DNA from: Hyphochytrium catenoides
Lineage: Eukaryota; Protista; Hyphochytriomycota
DNA: 64,000 bases
Assembly: GCA_900088475.1 (NCBI GenBank)
Contig: FLMG01001044.1
Location: 1-64,000 of the forward strand
Direction of reading: 5' to 3'
The position numbers were made by a program, and so were the translations under genes. How positions within the stretch are numbered: the first letter of the stretch is position 1; the number at the start of each line of letters is the position of its first letter. Positions 53,083-64,000 of the stretch are shown piece after piece. The notes beneath the pieces were generated by a model, which was given only the letters and a program-made list of their open reading frames with translations, was not told the origin of the DNA and did no database searches.

Positions 53083-54940
53083 TTAATTAATGTTAGTCAT
53101 CAATGCAACGTCCTCGGAGCTACGCCCTCTCGCTTTCTGTCCTCTGCCTCCACCTAAGAAGGACTTCGCACAGTCTTTCAAAAGAGAATACTGCACGAGG
53201 CAAGAGGAGAATAGCGCGAGGAAAGGAAAGACTGCTGCAGATACGGGCGATGTCCAAATATCCTGGGTAAGCGCCCATACTAGCAAGAGGCAGCCACCAG
53301 ACTTTACCACGCGCCAATATTGAGACGCAAAAAGCGACTCCGGAAAGCCAGATAAGATTAAAAGCATAGATATTAGCAGCAACATTCCTAGAGAATGGTA
53401 GCCAATGAAGAGAGCAAACGCAAAAGTAGGATGGAGATACGGCGGAACGCAGAGATAGCCCAGAGCGTACGCAAAGATGACACCTGCCATCGCAATGCCT
53501 TGGGAAGGCACTTTCTGTAAAAGCACAGAGCTTTGTGCTATGTAGCGCCTATAGGCTGGCGAGGACCGAGCCCGAACTGTCAGAAAAGGTATCAGCCCAA
53601 ACAATGCGCACAGAATGCCTCCCCGGGAAAGGAAGAGAGGGTAAGGAGAATCGTTGGACAGTTCTATTCGGAACTTGTACCAGCGCCAGTGGAGGTTCCA
53701 ATAGACGTAAGGGACCCAGTACCAAGGATACATCTTCCTAGCTGTGTATCCAAAGGAGAGAGAACGACCTGGGATGTCACCCTGCACTTCAGTGCAGACA
53801 TAGATGTCGAAGCTCCTCCTCTCATAGTAGAAGAAGTGGTTGATGTTGTACCAGAAAGGCAGGCGCTTCACGAGAGCAGACTCTCCTCCAATCGCAGTTT
53901 CAAGATGACTGCCTGCCTCGAAGAGAGGACCCATCTCGATGGCCGAAAACAGCCTGTTGGGCAGAAGTGAGATTCCAGTCATGGACTCGTTTGCCTGCCA
54001 GGTCACTCCTCATCTCCTGCCCTCTATGTAGGCTGACACTATCATCCTTGAATTCACTCAAGACAAACCCTGTCTGTTGCCCAGTCTCTCTCCCGCCTCT
54101 TCCACCTATCCCGTCTGATAATGCCTCTACCCCGTCTCAATCCTTACTCTTACTCCGTAGAATCATTGTCCTGTAATACCTGGGAATAAATCCCTGATCA
54201 ATGCCTTTAAGCAAAGGGTCTTGCGCTTCCATGTCGACTAGCGCACCTTTTACGAGGTCCAAGGTCGCATTGTGCCCCGGTGTGACGACCCAAAGACCGA
54301 TCGCATACACGAGAGGGTTAATGTGAACCGCACAAAATGGCCCGCAGGTGAAAAGATCATCCATATTGTACAGAACTAAGTTCTCTGGCTCCAGATACAC
54401 AATCCGCTCGTAGTTGACAAGCTCCCAGAGCCTCAGCTTATTATACGAGTGCTCCAGATGGGCACGCCTGTCCGTCCTCGACGTCTAACAAGAAGGAGTA
54501 TTAGGGTCATCGAAGGGGTTAACAACTGACTCCACCAAAAGTAACTGAGGTACTTCTAGGACAAAAGAAGCGTAAGCTCGACGACTTACTCGAGCAAACG
54601 GGTCTTTGATATTGAGCTTCACAACCTTGGCTCCATCGCGCGTCAGTACTTCCTCTGTCTCTGGCTTGGTGGCCTCAGGCACCAGTACGACCACGTCAAA
54701 CCTCGTCTCGGTCTTTAGTAACGAGCGAAGCAACACTCGAGTAGCAAGCAAGAAACCTTCAGATTCACTGCCGGCATCGTAGTGAATCGTTGCGTAGGCG
54801 AAATGCCCTGTTCTTTCAGTGTATGGTGTCGCCTTGCCCTTGTGAATGGTCTTTGAACTGCACAGCAGGACTAAGACGGCAAGAAAAACGAATGGGATCC
54901 GCCGATGGCAGCTATTTCGGCGGCAAGATGCTGGCGCCAT
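53083..54940 (-). CDS. Glycosyltransferase family 8, PGSIP7/8-like, with N-terminal signal/anchor and C-terminal TM helices (probably 3 exons)
   Basis: FAYATI...ATRVLLRSL...DVVVLV, YNKLRLWELVNYERIVYL, DDLFTCGPFCAV.INP, DQGF, RLPFWY, PWYW, and a hydrophobic C-terminus. Confidence 0.85.
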
Positions 54941-55772
54941 TATGTTCCACTTCCTTCGTGGATGTACTATGTACTCCTAAGATGAACAAGTTTGCTGATC
55001 ATGAGAGTCAGCGGTATTGCTTAGTGCCCGCAAAGGGGCATCAATGTTCACTCCTTCGCGACCATTTGCAGAGTTGATAGACTACACTGGGTAACAATAA
55101 GCAATCCCTATACTCAGTAGCTGCAGTGTCAGCAGAGGAGCTCGTAGACCCGCTTGTAGGCTGACGATGAGCCTGCGATGAGCCATGTTCTGTCTATCTG
55201 CCGCGCTGCTGACGGCTGCGGCTGCGGCAGTCGGCACTCGCTTGGGCTTTGTCTGCAGTCTGCACTCATCGCTGAAGAGCCCAAAAGCCATCTGTAAGAA
55301 TCAGAACTGAAAGCGGCTATCATAGGAGGATCTGTTACATGATAAACCAACATTCAGTCCATTATAGTTATCAAAACCGCCGAATCTCTGTTCTGTGTAT
55401 TTTCTACAAGTACGAGGTACAGTCAACGACTTCTCCAACGGTAAAGCGACAATAACAGGAGAAGGTATACTACTAATGCGTTTGTCATGCATAAAGCAAT
55501 AATAGACTAGTTTAAAAGATGGTCCTTGTACTCTTACGAAGGGATTATGGTGATAATATTAGGCGCCTATCTGGAGGACCAAAATGTGACAGCAATGCGA
55601 CGAGTGACAAGTGCGAGACAGAGTGATCAAGAGCGGTGATCAAGGGGTCACTAACGGCAAACCTTCGAACGAGACAGAGCGGCATGGAGGTGAGCCGGTG
55701 ACCAAAAGACAAGGAATGAACGGACCAGAGAATAAGGTATCTTATCCATCATCTTTTTCTTCTTTCCAGTTG

Positions 55773-55774
<2 letters not shown>

Positions 55775-55816
<42 letters not shown>
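55775..55816 (+). repeat. (CT)n microsatellite, about 21 units
   Basis: Seen directly in the sequence. Confidence 0.95.
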
Positions 55817-55821
<5 letters not shown>

Positions 55822-56074
55822 TCTCGCTCTCTTTCTGTCCGCTTGCTCACTCTACTTCTCCTCTCCTCCTTTCCTCACATCCCGTCTTCACTGTCACTTA
55901 CTTTCTCTTTATAACTCTTCTTCAACCAGGCATGACAAGCATTTCCTGCTGTTGAGATGAGGGTAAGGTAAGACGTCAAGCTCCCTCATCACCCAGAACA
56001 AGATTTGCCAGGCTCTAAACCTCTCACGGGCGGCTTGTAGCGCATACACTTGGTCCTCAGTCACTCCCACAGGC

Positions 56075-59000
56075 ATGAAGCTGCAAGCAGGACTCGCACT
56101 CACTGCGCTGCTTAGCCTTTGGGGAGCGACGTCGGCATGCACTTCCATTGGAGTGGGGAAGCTTGCCAGCACGGACGGCTCAACGTTTGCCACTCATACC
56201 GCTGACAGCAAGACCGGAGACTTCCGAGCCATCAGAGTGCCACGAAACTATCATCTGGGTGCTGAGAGGCCTGTTTATCCGGGCTCTCTGACCTTTCCTA
56301 GATACGTCGGGTCATCTCGGGGAAAGAATAACTACAAGCCGCGGGATGGAGAGGAGCCAACAAAGCCAATCGGTTATATACCGGAGACCAACAGGAGTTA
56401 TACGTATGCCTACTATGACGCTATCTATGGCGTCGTCAACGAGGCCGGACTAGGTAAGGTGAACCCTGGCGCCCTTTCTGTCTCCCTCGCCTGTATTCTT
56501 CTAAGCAGACTTACCTAGAGGGGCGTCGACCTCTCAGTGGTTAATCCTGCATATGAGCATCACAGTTCTGTCTCTCTAGTGTCTGACACGAAGGATCCTT
56601 TGCTTCTTGAAGAAAGAGAACACCCTCTCACATTTTCACTCCTCCATTGAACGCGTCGCAGGCATCGGCGAATCCACATGTGGCGGAAAGATCTTTGCCG
56701 CTATTCGGCCCAATGGCAAGGCATTGATGACTATTGATGAACTTACGCGCACCGCCCTCGAGCGCTGCGCAACGGCCCGTTGTGCGGTAGAACTTATGGG
56801 TGACTTAGCCTACAACTACGGCTTTGCTGCGGCCGAACCGGTGGCCGCGGAAGCAGGAGAAGCACTGGTGGTCAATGATAGGGAGGAAGTCTGGGTTTTC
56901 CACGTGACTGCAGGCGATTTCGAGGGCCGTCACGGCGTCTGGGTAGCTCAGAGACTGCCTCACGACCACATCACGGTGGTGCCAAACTTCTTCGTCATCG
57001 GAAAAGTGAACCTGGCAGACACCGATAACTATCTGGCGTCTCCTAACCTCTTCTCAGCTGCCAAGGAGAATGGGCTTTGGAAGGAGGAGGACGGAGAGTT
57101 TGAGTTCAACAAGGTGTACGGCAACGATCCCATGATCTATTCCTCCAGACGATGGTGGAGAGTCTTCTCCCTCGCTGCGCCCTCTCTAGCACTCCCTCCG
57201 ACCCAAGACTACTATCCATTTTCTGTGAAGGTGGAGAAGAAAGTCTCAGCTGAGGATCTGATGTGGATGAATAGAGACCACTTTGAGGGCACTCCCTATG
57301 ATCTCACGGCAAGCGTAGGTGGGTAGTAGACAAGGAGTCCGGCAGGCTTCTGCAGCAGCAATTGGCATAATTATTTCTTCTATTCTCTGCTTTGCCCTTG
57401 CGTTCAGGTGGAGGTCCTTTTGGAATGGCTGATCGATGGGAGAATGAGCCTCGCCTGTCCTGGGAACGTGCGATATCTATCCATCGCACACTGTATAGCA
57501 CAGTGATACAAGCGAGACCTCACAAGCCAGGTAAAATGAGGAGAACAGCTAGAAGCCTATGCGCTCTCTAAAAGAGTTCTGGAGACGTTGTTTTGAAAGA
57601 AGGAATAAAGTCAGTTGCTAGGCTAGAGCTGGGAGGCGAAGAGGTTTTCATGAAAAGTACTCTTGGGAGAATAGGGAGAATAGCCTTGTTATCTCAACCA
57701 GGGGGAGAAGAGAAAGATGACACGGGTCTCCCGATTGAGATCCTTATGCTGTCTTTCGTAGGCTTTTACGGCACTATCCTTTGGTTCGGCTTCGATTCCC
57801 CCCACGCGTCGGCTTACACGCCCGTATACGCGGGCAGCGAGGGAATGGGAAAGCCCTACAGCACAGGGTAAGTTTTGCCATCTAATAGTTCTGATCGTAG
57901 TACTGCCTCAATGTTCCACCCAAACAACTACCTTTGGTTCTGTTACTCTCGGCTTGGCTTGGGTGGCTCTCCTCACAGATGCACAGAGTTCGCTGACCGC
58001 TGCTTGGCCTCGACGGACGGTTACGTTTCCGTCTTCCTCGTTATTGTGTCCTTGTCTCTCTCTCTCCTCGTAGGTCCCAGCTGCTGTACACCTCTGACAG
58101 CATGTGGTGGGTGAACAACCTCCTCTCCAACTATCTTAACCTTCGGTATAAGTGTATCATTGGGGACATCCAGACGAAGATTAGGGAAGTAGAGACCCGG
58201 GCATTTCAAGAGATCGAGGAGGTGGATAGAAAGGTGGCCAAGGCGATGGAGAAGGATGAGGAGGTAAGGGAAACGAAGGAGAGCGTGAGGGGCAGTGAGA
58301 TTGGGCAAAGAAGAAGGAGGTTACATGCTTCCTTGGAAAAGGCAATGAAGTGGTGCAGCATCGCACACTTGCCTTCCTCTTGGGAGGCCTTATTAGAGGT
58401 AGTCACAGGTCAAAGTAACGTCTAGCCAACTGGAGAGGGGAGGAGAGCGAGGACAGAGGAAACCTTTATGAAGACGTCATCCATAGTTATTATGTAGCGG
58501 AAGGGTCCCCTCATTCTGCTGAAAGGGTATTCTAAAGGAAGAAAGGGAAGAAGTTGAAGAGAGATAGACTGTAGGATGACTCTCACTTTCTCCTTTATTT
58601 CTCTGTTAGCATCTGGCTCGGCGGATTGTCTCAGAATACACCGAGCGGGCTGCCGTGCGCCTTCATCGGGAATGGCAGGAGCTCTCATCGCTGGTGTTTA
58701 CCAAGTACAATGACGGATATGTCAATCTGCCGACCGTGGGAGCAGACTCTTGTGCCTACCCCGTCTGGTGGCACGACCTACAGATCCAGGTAAGGGCACA
58801 ACTTGGCAAGTTGACTCATTCCAAGACAGCGTTTTCAGCTCTATGGCTCGTAACTCCTTGCCTATACTACTTCTTCCGACTAGTAGTATTGAGAGTGTCT
58901 ACTCTGGCAACTCTCTATCCCTGCATTCTTAGATGAGACCTTTCGGGACGCCTAACACAGCCGCCTTTCTCTGATGACGCAGTACGACGCTCAGAAACTG

Positions 59001-59186
59001 GCCTCTCCGACTCCATCTGAGATATCCGCAGAAAGTTCTTCCGTCGACATCGTCAAGCTCGCAAACAGCAGGTCTTCACATCTATTTGGATTCCTCTGCG
59101 CCCTCGTTGGACTCGTTGCAGGCGCGTTCTTAGGAGCTCACGTCTCGTCCAGGAGAAGTAGGTCAGGTTACGCTGTCGTGCCCTAG
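56075..59186 (+). CDS. Peptidase family C69 (dipeptidase/secernin-like Ntn hydrolase) with signal peptide and C-terminal TM helix, about 7 exons
   Basis: Signal peptide then CTSIGVGKLASTDGST (N-terminal nucleophile Cys), GVVNEAGL|GIGESTC, ALERCATARCAVELMG, WVAQRLP, RDHFEGT.YDLT, ERAISIHRT and KYNDGY. Confidence 0.9.
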
Positions 59187-59699
59187 AGTGATCTAAAGAC
59201 TTTGCGTTGGAGGGAACAGACAATCGAAAGAGATAAATAGAGAAGAGTAGTGTCTGCGCCATTTGAGCCGGTGCAGAGTCAGGGACCTTTTGGAAGTAAC
59301 AGCTAATAGAAGCTTGTGCTATCATCTGCGGTTGCCTTCTCAACTTTAGATGGTGGGCGCCTTGACTAAAAGCTGACCCGAAACGGCAATGGAGGACAGC
59401 GTAGGAGCTTTTGCTGATCTCTCGCTTTATAGCCCTTCTCATGGTGTCCTTTCCTGAGCCCAGGCATCGCACAGAACACCTCTTCCTGCGTCTTCCTCTC
59501 TATGTCAATCTTTACCCGGAACATCTTCCTTTATGTCGCTCTGGAAACACTTTTTTTCCGATACAAGGAGGCAGCAGGATGTTGTGCGTGGGGCAAATAA
59601 ATATAAGAGATATAGTACGTGGCCGTCTCTCACCCGCTATAGGCTAGGTTGGGACTGCCGTCAAGGTCTCAATGGCTCTGTGCTTCCCTCTGGCCTAAC

Positions 59700-62600
59700 T
59701 CAATCTCTAACTGCTGCGCGGAGACGGTATCTAACATTGTCTATGAACTTCTCCAGCCCCTTTGTCTCTTCCCTCATATGAAGGAGAAAGGTCTCCACAA
59801 GGTCTCGCCCAACTACGTTATCAACGAAAAGCAAGCTCTCTTCTGCCAGACACAGAGCCCTTGACTTTTCTGCTTCTTGACTAGCATCCTGTACCTGCGT
59901 CTCCCGGGAGGAAGAGACGGGGAGCTTGAGAAGGATGTCTACTCCCACACCAGCAAGGATCGAGGAGAGAATGCAAGGAAGATGGGCTTCAATTCTCATC
60001 CAACAATGCTTCAACAATAGCAGAAGAGTCTCTAAAGCCTCTTCTCTCACTCTTTCTTGAGGGCTGCGCAAGTAGTTTCCCTTCTCTAATGCCCTGAGTG
60101 CCGTCCCAAAGTACTTCACAAGCAGGAAAGACCGAGGCAAGCCCATTTCTATGACAAAAGGCCTGAGTCCCGCCAGCACTGAGACCTTTACTGACTGGGA
60201 GGTTTGGTATGGCATGTCCCTCAGTACTCGAAAGAAGAACTTCTCAAAGAAAGGAGAAGAGGAGGATCCTTGTAAGAGAGTCTCTGCATTCTTTGTAGGA
60301 TTCTCTCCCAGGCCTCTCTCCTTAGTGCAGAACGCAGCAATTGTAGGTAGCAGAAGAGAGAGAACAGCAGCGTCTCGGGACGTAAGAGAGTCCTCCAGAA
60401 TCTTTGAGATGACTGGCGCAAACCAACGAACCTCCGTGGTCGTAACTTGGTCGAGAGCGCTTGAAAGGACCCTAATCCCTGGGATACCCAGGGCATAGGA
60501 ACAAAAAATTGGCAGGATAGGTGAGCGACCGGGTAGAGATGAAGGCAGCTTAGCTACGAGCTTAGTCTTCAATAATCGGCCGGAAACAAATGCAGGCATA
60601 GATAGGAGAAGACTCCAACGAATATAACAGGACAGCGAAGGCAGCGAGCCAGGGGCAAATCTTGCCTCCTTTTCGAGAGTCGTGCCGTTCCAAGGGCAGA
60701 GAGGGTGAGCTCTTTGAAGTCGTAGCGAGTGGGAAAGAGGGGGAGACGGGAAGCAGCTAAGGAGACTAAGCAAAAGGCATTAAATAGAGCTAAAGCAAGG
60801 GCATTTACCTAGCAGCTGGTGGGTCTGGGACGTATAGTCATCAATCATTGGCCCACACAGAGGGAGAACCTTGCCCAGGAGGTTGAAGTCTTCCTCTTCG
60901 TCCCTCAATCCCTTGGATGCTAGAGAAACTACCCAGGAGCCGAAAGCAAACTTTGCCAGTTCGTTTTCTTTCTCTTTCCATTTCTCTCCTGAGAGCCTAG
61001 CGGCTAGGTTGTGAAAGATAGATGATAAGCTGCTGCCGACTGCCTTCACTGTTGAGCTCTCTTCTACACTCTTTGCTTGAGCACCAGTCCTCACTCTTTG
61101 AGAAAAGGAAGGACGAGAGGGCTTATTAACGAGACATTCAAGGAGTGTCCTGCTCGCTCTCTGTATCTTCTCTCCGGATAGCCCTCCCCATGGGGCCTGT
61201 TCCCCTTCATAGGAGAGAGCAAGCAGAAGCTCTACGAGTTTTGTCCTAAGTGACCGCAAAGAGTCAATCTGTTCACTCTCCGCTTTTTCGTTAACCTCGT
61301 CTTCTACTCTGGAGAGTCGAAAGACAAGAGGATGAGCCGAGATGCAGCGGAGAAGAATCTCTAGACAAAGTGAGGCAGCTGAGCGGGCGGGAGAGACTGA
61401 GGATGTCTCGCCATCTGAAGGCCGCTCTCCGACAGCAAATAAGGCGAGTTCTGTTGCGGAGACTAGCAGGTGGTGGAAAGAGGGGAAGAAGAGAGAAGGA
61501 CCCGTGTCCTCCCCTTTAAGATTTGCTGGTTCTCTCTCTGTCCACTGTCCTTCGGCTTGGCCGTTCAGCAGTGCCTCTAAGACCTTCAGCGGGAAGACGA
61601 GCCCCCGCAGACTTTCAGTCTCGAATGTGAAGACAACGAGCCTCTGGACCGCGCGCAAAAGCTCTTCCTCCTCCTCTTTCACTGTATTTGAACCTGCCTG
61701 TCTTGCCGTTCTAGTTAGACCAGCAGCTACACGATGACAGAGCGGGAGAAAGTAGGAGAGATTGCGCTCGTCCTTCTCTTCTCCTCTTTCTTCTCTTCTC
61801 ATTCTCTCCACCGTCACGCACACGACTTCCCAAAAAGAACCAGATAGGCCAAGAACAGGCTGCTGGGGAGAGGGAGAAAGAAGAGATAGTGCGGCAGGAT
61901 GAAAGGCTCCCCTTAAAATAAGCGACGCGCGGGCGAGATCTGTAGCATTGTCTGTCATCTCTTGGAAGTGGCCCCAAGCTCGAGAGAGAATGGTCTCTGT
62001 TGCACTGGAGAGAATGCGAGGAAGAGGTGGAAGAGAAAGAGAGGATGCTGTCTCTTTCCATCTCCAGCTAGCCGTTTCCAAGGCTCTTACGGCCGCCAGA
62101 GCTGTCAGAGCTGCGTCATTGCCTTTGCGGTCCCTCTGTGTTACCTCTTCTCCTGCCAGCGCGATGTAAAAGAGAGACAAGGTGCCCTGCACTTCTCTTT
62201 CAAGTGCGCTGCAGAGTCTCTCTTGCATCTGTTGGCCTTCCTCTTCCACCGGCTGGGCTGCGTGAGATGAGAGGGAGAGAAGCTCAGAGGCCTCCCCAGA
62301 GCCAAATGGACAGAGACAACTCATTGCAATGTACAGGCCAACAGCTCCTGATGGGGAGAGAGAAGGATATGGAGCAACAGGGAGAGAAGAAGAGCAAGAC
62401 GTGGAGCCTACTTCTCGCTCAAATATTGCCTTGCTAAGCCTCTCCCTCAATGCAGAAGAGAGAGGAGAGAAGGAGTTTAGGTAGATATCGAGCTCAGTCT
62501 CTTTCTCTTCCAGGTCCAGGACTGCAAAGCCTAAGAGCCAGAGCTGCAGGCCAAGAGAGACCGCAAAGAGAGAGAGGCCGAGGTTTCTCTCCCTACTGAA

Positions 62601-63113
62601 ACTTCTGTTACGCTTCTCTTCTTCCTGTTTTAGCCACTGAAGTGCAAATGAGGAGACGGCCTGGAGAGCCCGGTAAAGATTTCTTCTCCTTGTTCGCTCT
62701 GTCTCATCATTCTCTCTCTTCTCCTCTCGGCTTCTGAGAGTATCCCGAACTTCTATCTTTAGCACAGAGAGAAAACAGTGGAGGAGCTCTAGTGCCCTGC
62801 CCTCGCTTTCTTCTTCCATCTTTTCTTTGCCCTCCAGCTCCTGCTTTCCTGACTGGTAAAGGTCCGTAACCACCCTGAAGGAGAGAGACTCTGTCTCTCT
62901 CTGCGCCCAAATAAAGGAGAGCACTGCCCTAATGTTTAGCTCTGTCTCGTCGCTGAGGTTGGAGTCGCTGTCCCCTGTTAGCAGCTCTGTTAGACTGTCC
63001 TCGTCTTCTGACCATTTCTCATCACGCTCATGCTGCTCACTTCTCTGGCGCGTCCAACTCGCCTGCACAGATTGGAGGAGATCTGGCAGCTGAAACAGAG
63101 GCACCTCTTCCAT
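59700..63113 (-). CDS. TTI2: TTI2-like (TELO2-interacting protein 2) helical-repeat protein, 2 exons (intron ~60808-60479)
   Basis: KVLPLCGPMIDDY....QLLG|IRVL and EALETLLLLLKHCWMRIEAHLPCIL resemble Tti2 conserved blocks. A phase-1 GT-AG intron joins the two ORFs. Confidence 0.65.
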
Positions 63114-63328
63114 CCCTCAACCCCGTCTCCCCCAAGGGATGAGCACCTTGCGTTCTTTCACTCCTCAAAATGTGGCCATGAACGAAGGTTAGTCCTGCCA
63201 CACGCGACCCTCTCTCTGAAGCTGCAGCTAGACTTGAAGGGAGTAGTATCGTTGTGCCTGCTTCGTGTTCCCCAGTATTCCAGCTCTGTCTTTTCTCTCT
63301 TCCCGTTCTTCTCTCTCCCCCTCTCACC

Positions 63329-63336
<8 letters not shown>

Positions 63337-63386
<50 letters not shown>
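63337..63386 (+). repeat. (TC)n microsatellite, about 25 units
   Basis: Seen directly in the sequence. Confidence 0.95.
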
Positions 63387-63388
<2 letters not shown>

Positions 63389-64000
63389 CCCTCCCCTGTC
63401 ACCTGCTGCTGCTGCTGCTGCTCTGTCCCATTCTGAAGCTTCATCATCGCCCGCAGACAAAGCCAAGAATCCATCAGAACAAAGTGACAACAACAGCGCA
63501 TCTCAGAACTCCTCCAGAGGTATGTGAGGTATCCTCATTCAGAATGAGTGAATATGATGTTGCCGAATCAAGCTGACTATCACCAGATCTATTCTCAATG
63601 TATTTCGCCACACCTGAGAGACAGAGGGCCTAGAGATATGATTCGAACGTGAATAAGAGCGAGGTGACCGAGATAGAGTATTACTAGGTTTGGATACTGT
63701 ACTTGCGAAGAGACATCGGGAGGGAGAGAGACAGAGACACGCCAATCTACGATAAATCAGTGTTTTGCCGTCGAGACAGAGACATGAAAAATGGAAGGAA
63801 GAGTCCCGATGGGTCAGGAAGATTAGGAGACAGAGAGAGAGACAGAGTCAGGGGGAAGATGTGAGACAGAGTTATGGAGAGAGGGAGAAAGAGACAGAGA
63901 GGGAAGCACTAGAGAGACAGACGAAGAAAGAGACAGAGAAAGAGTGAAATGAACGGCGCTGCGCCACTGGAACCTCGAACCCTGGCCGCGTCTCCTCTTT

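Noticed and set aside
1-64000. CRISPR array, prophage or bacterial operon
   Set aside because: No repeat-spacer array was seen, and spliceosomal introns plus kinesin and dynein genes show eukaryotic DNA.

Overview
This is eukaryotic, protist-like genomic DNA with short GT-AG introns and roughly 50% GC. The first ~10.9 kb is a nest of LTR retroelements: a decayed Ty1/Copia pol, a second Copia integrase relic on the minus strand, several related LTR fragments, and two nested copies of a ~0.6 kb non-autonomous LTR element (TRIM). The TRIM is the most interesting object. Each of its LTRs carries an 81-nt tRNA-like Pol III gene, and its primer-binding site (TGGTGTACGCTCCG) is the exact reverse complement of that RNA's own 3' end plus CCA, so the element appears to encode its own reverse-transcription primer. 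The rest of the window holds an LC8-type dynein light chain, a kinesin-4/chromokinesin, a giant (~8,600 aa) spliced membrane protein (cadherin-like domains, ~55-60 IPT/TIG repeats, Cys-rich repeats, multipass TM region, one ~20 kb exon), a PGSIP7/8-like GT8 glycosyltransferase whose DxD motif reads EPE, a C69 peptidase and a TTI2-like gene. All alignments and splice calls were made by eye.
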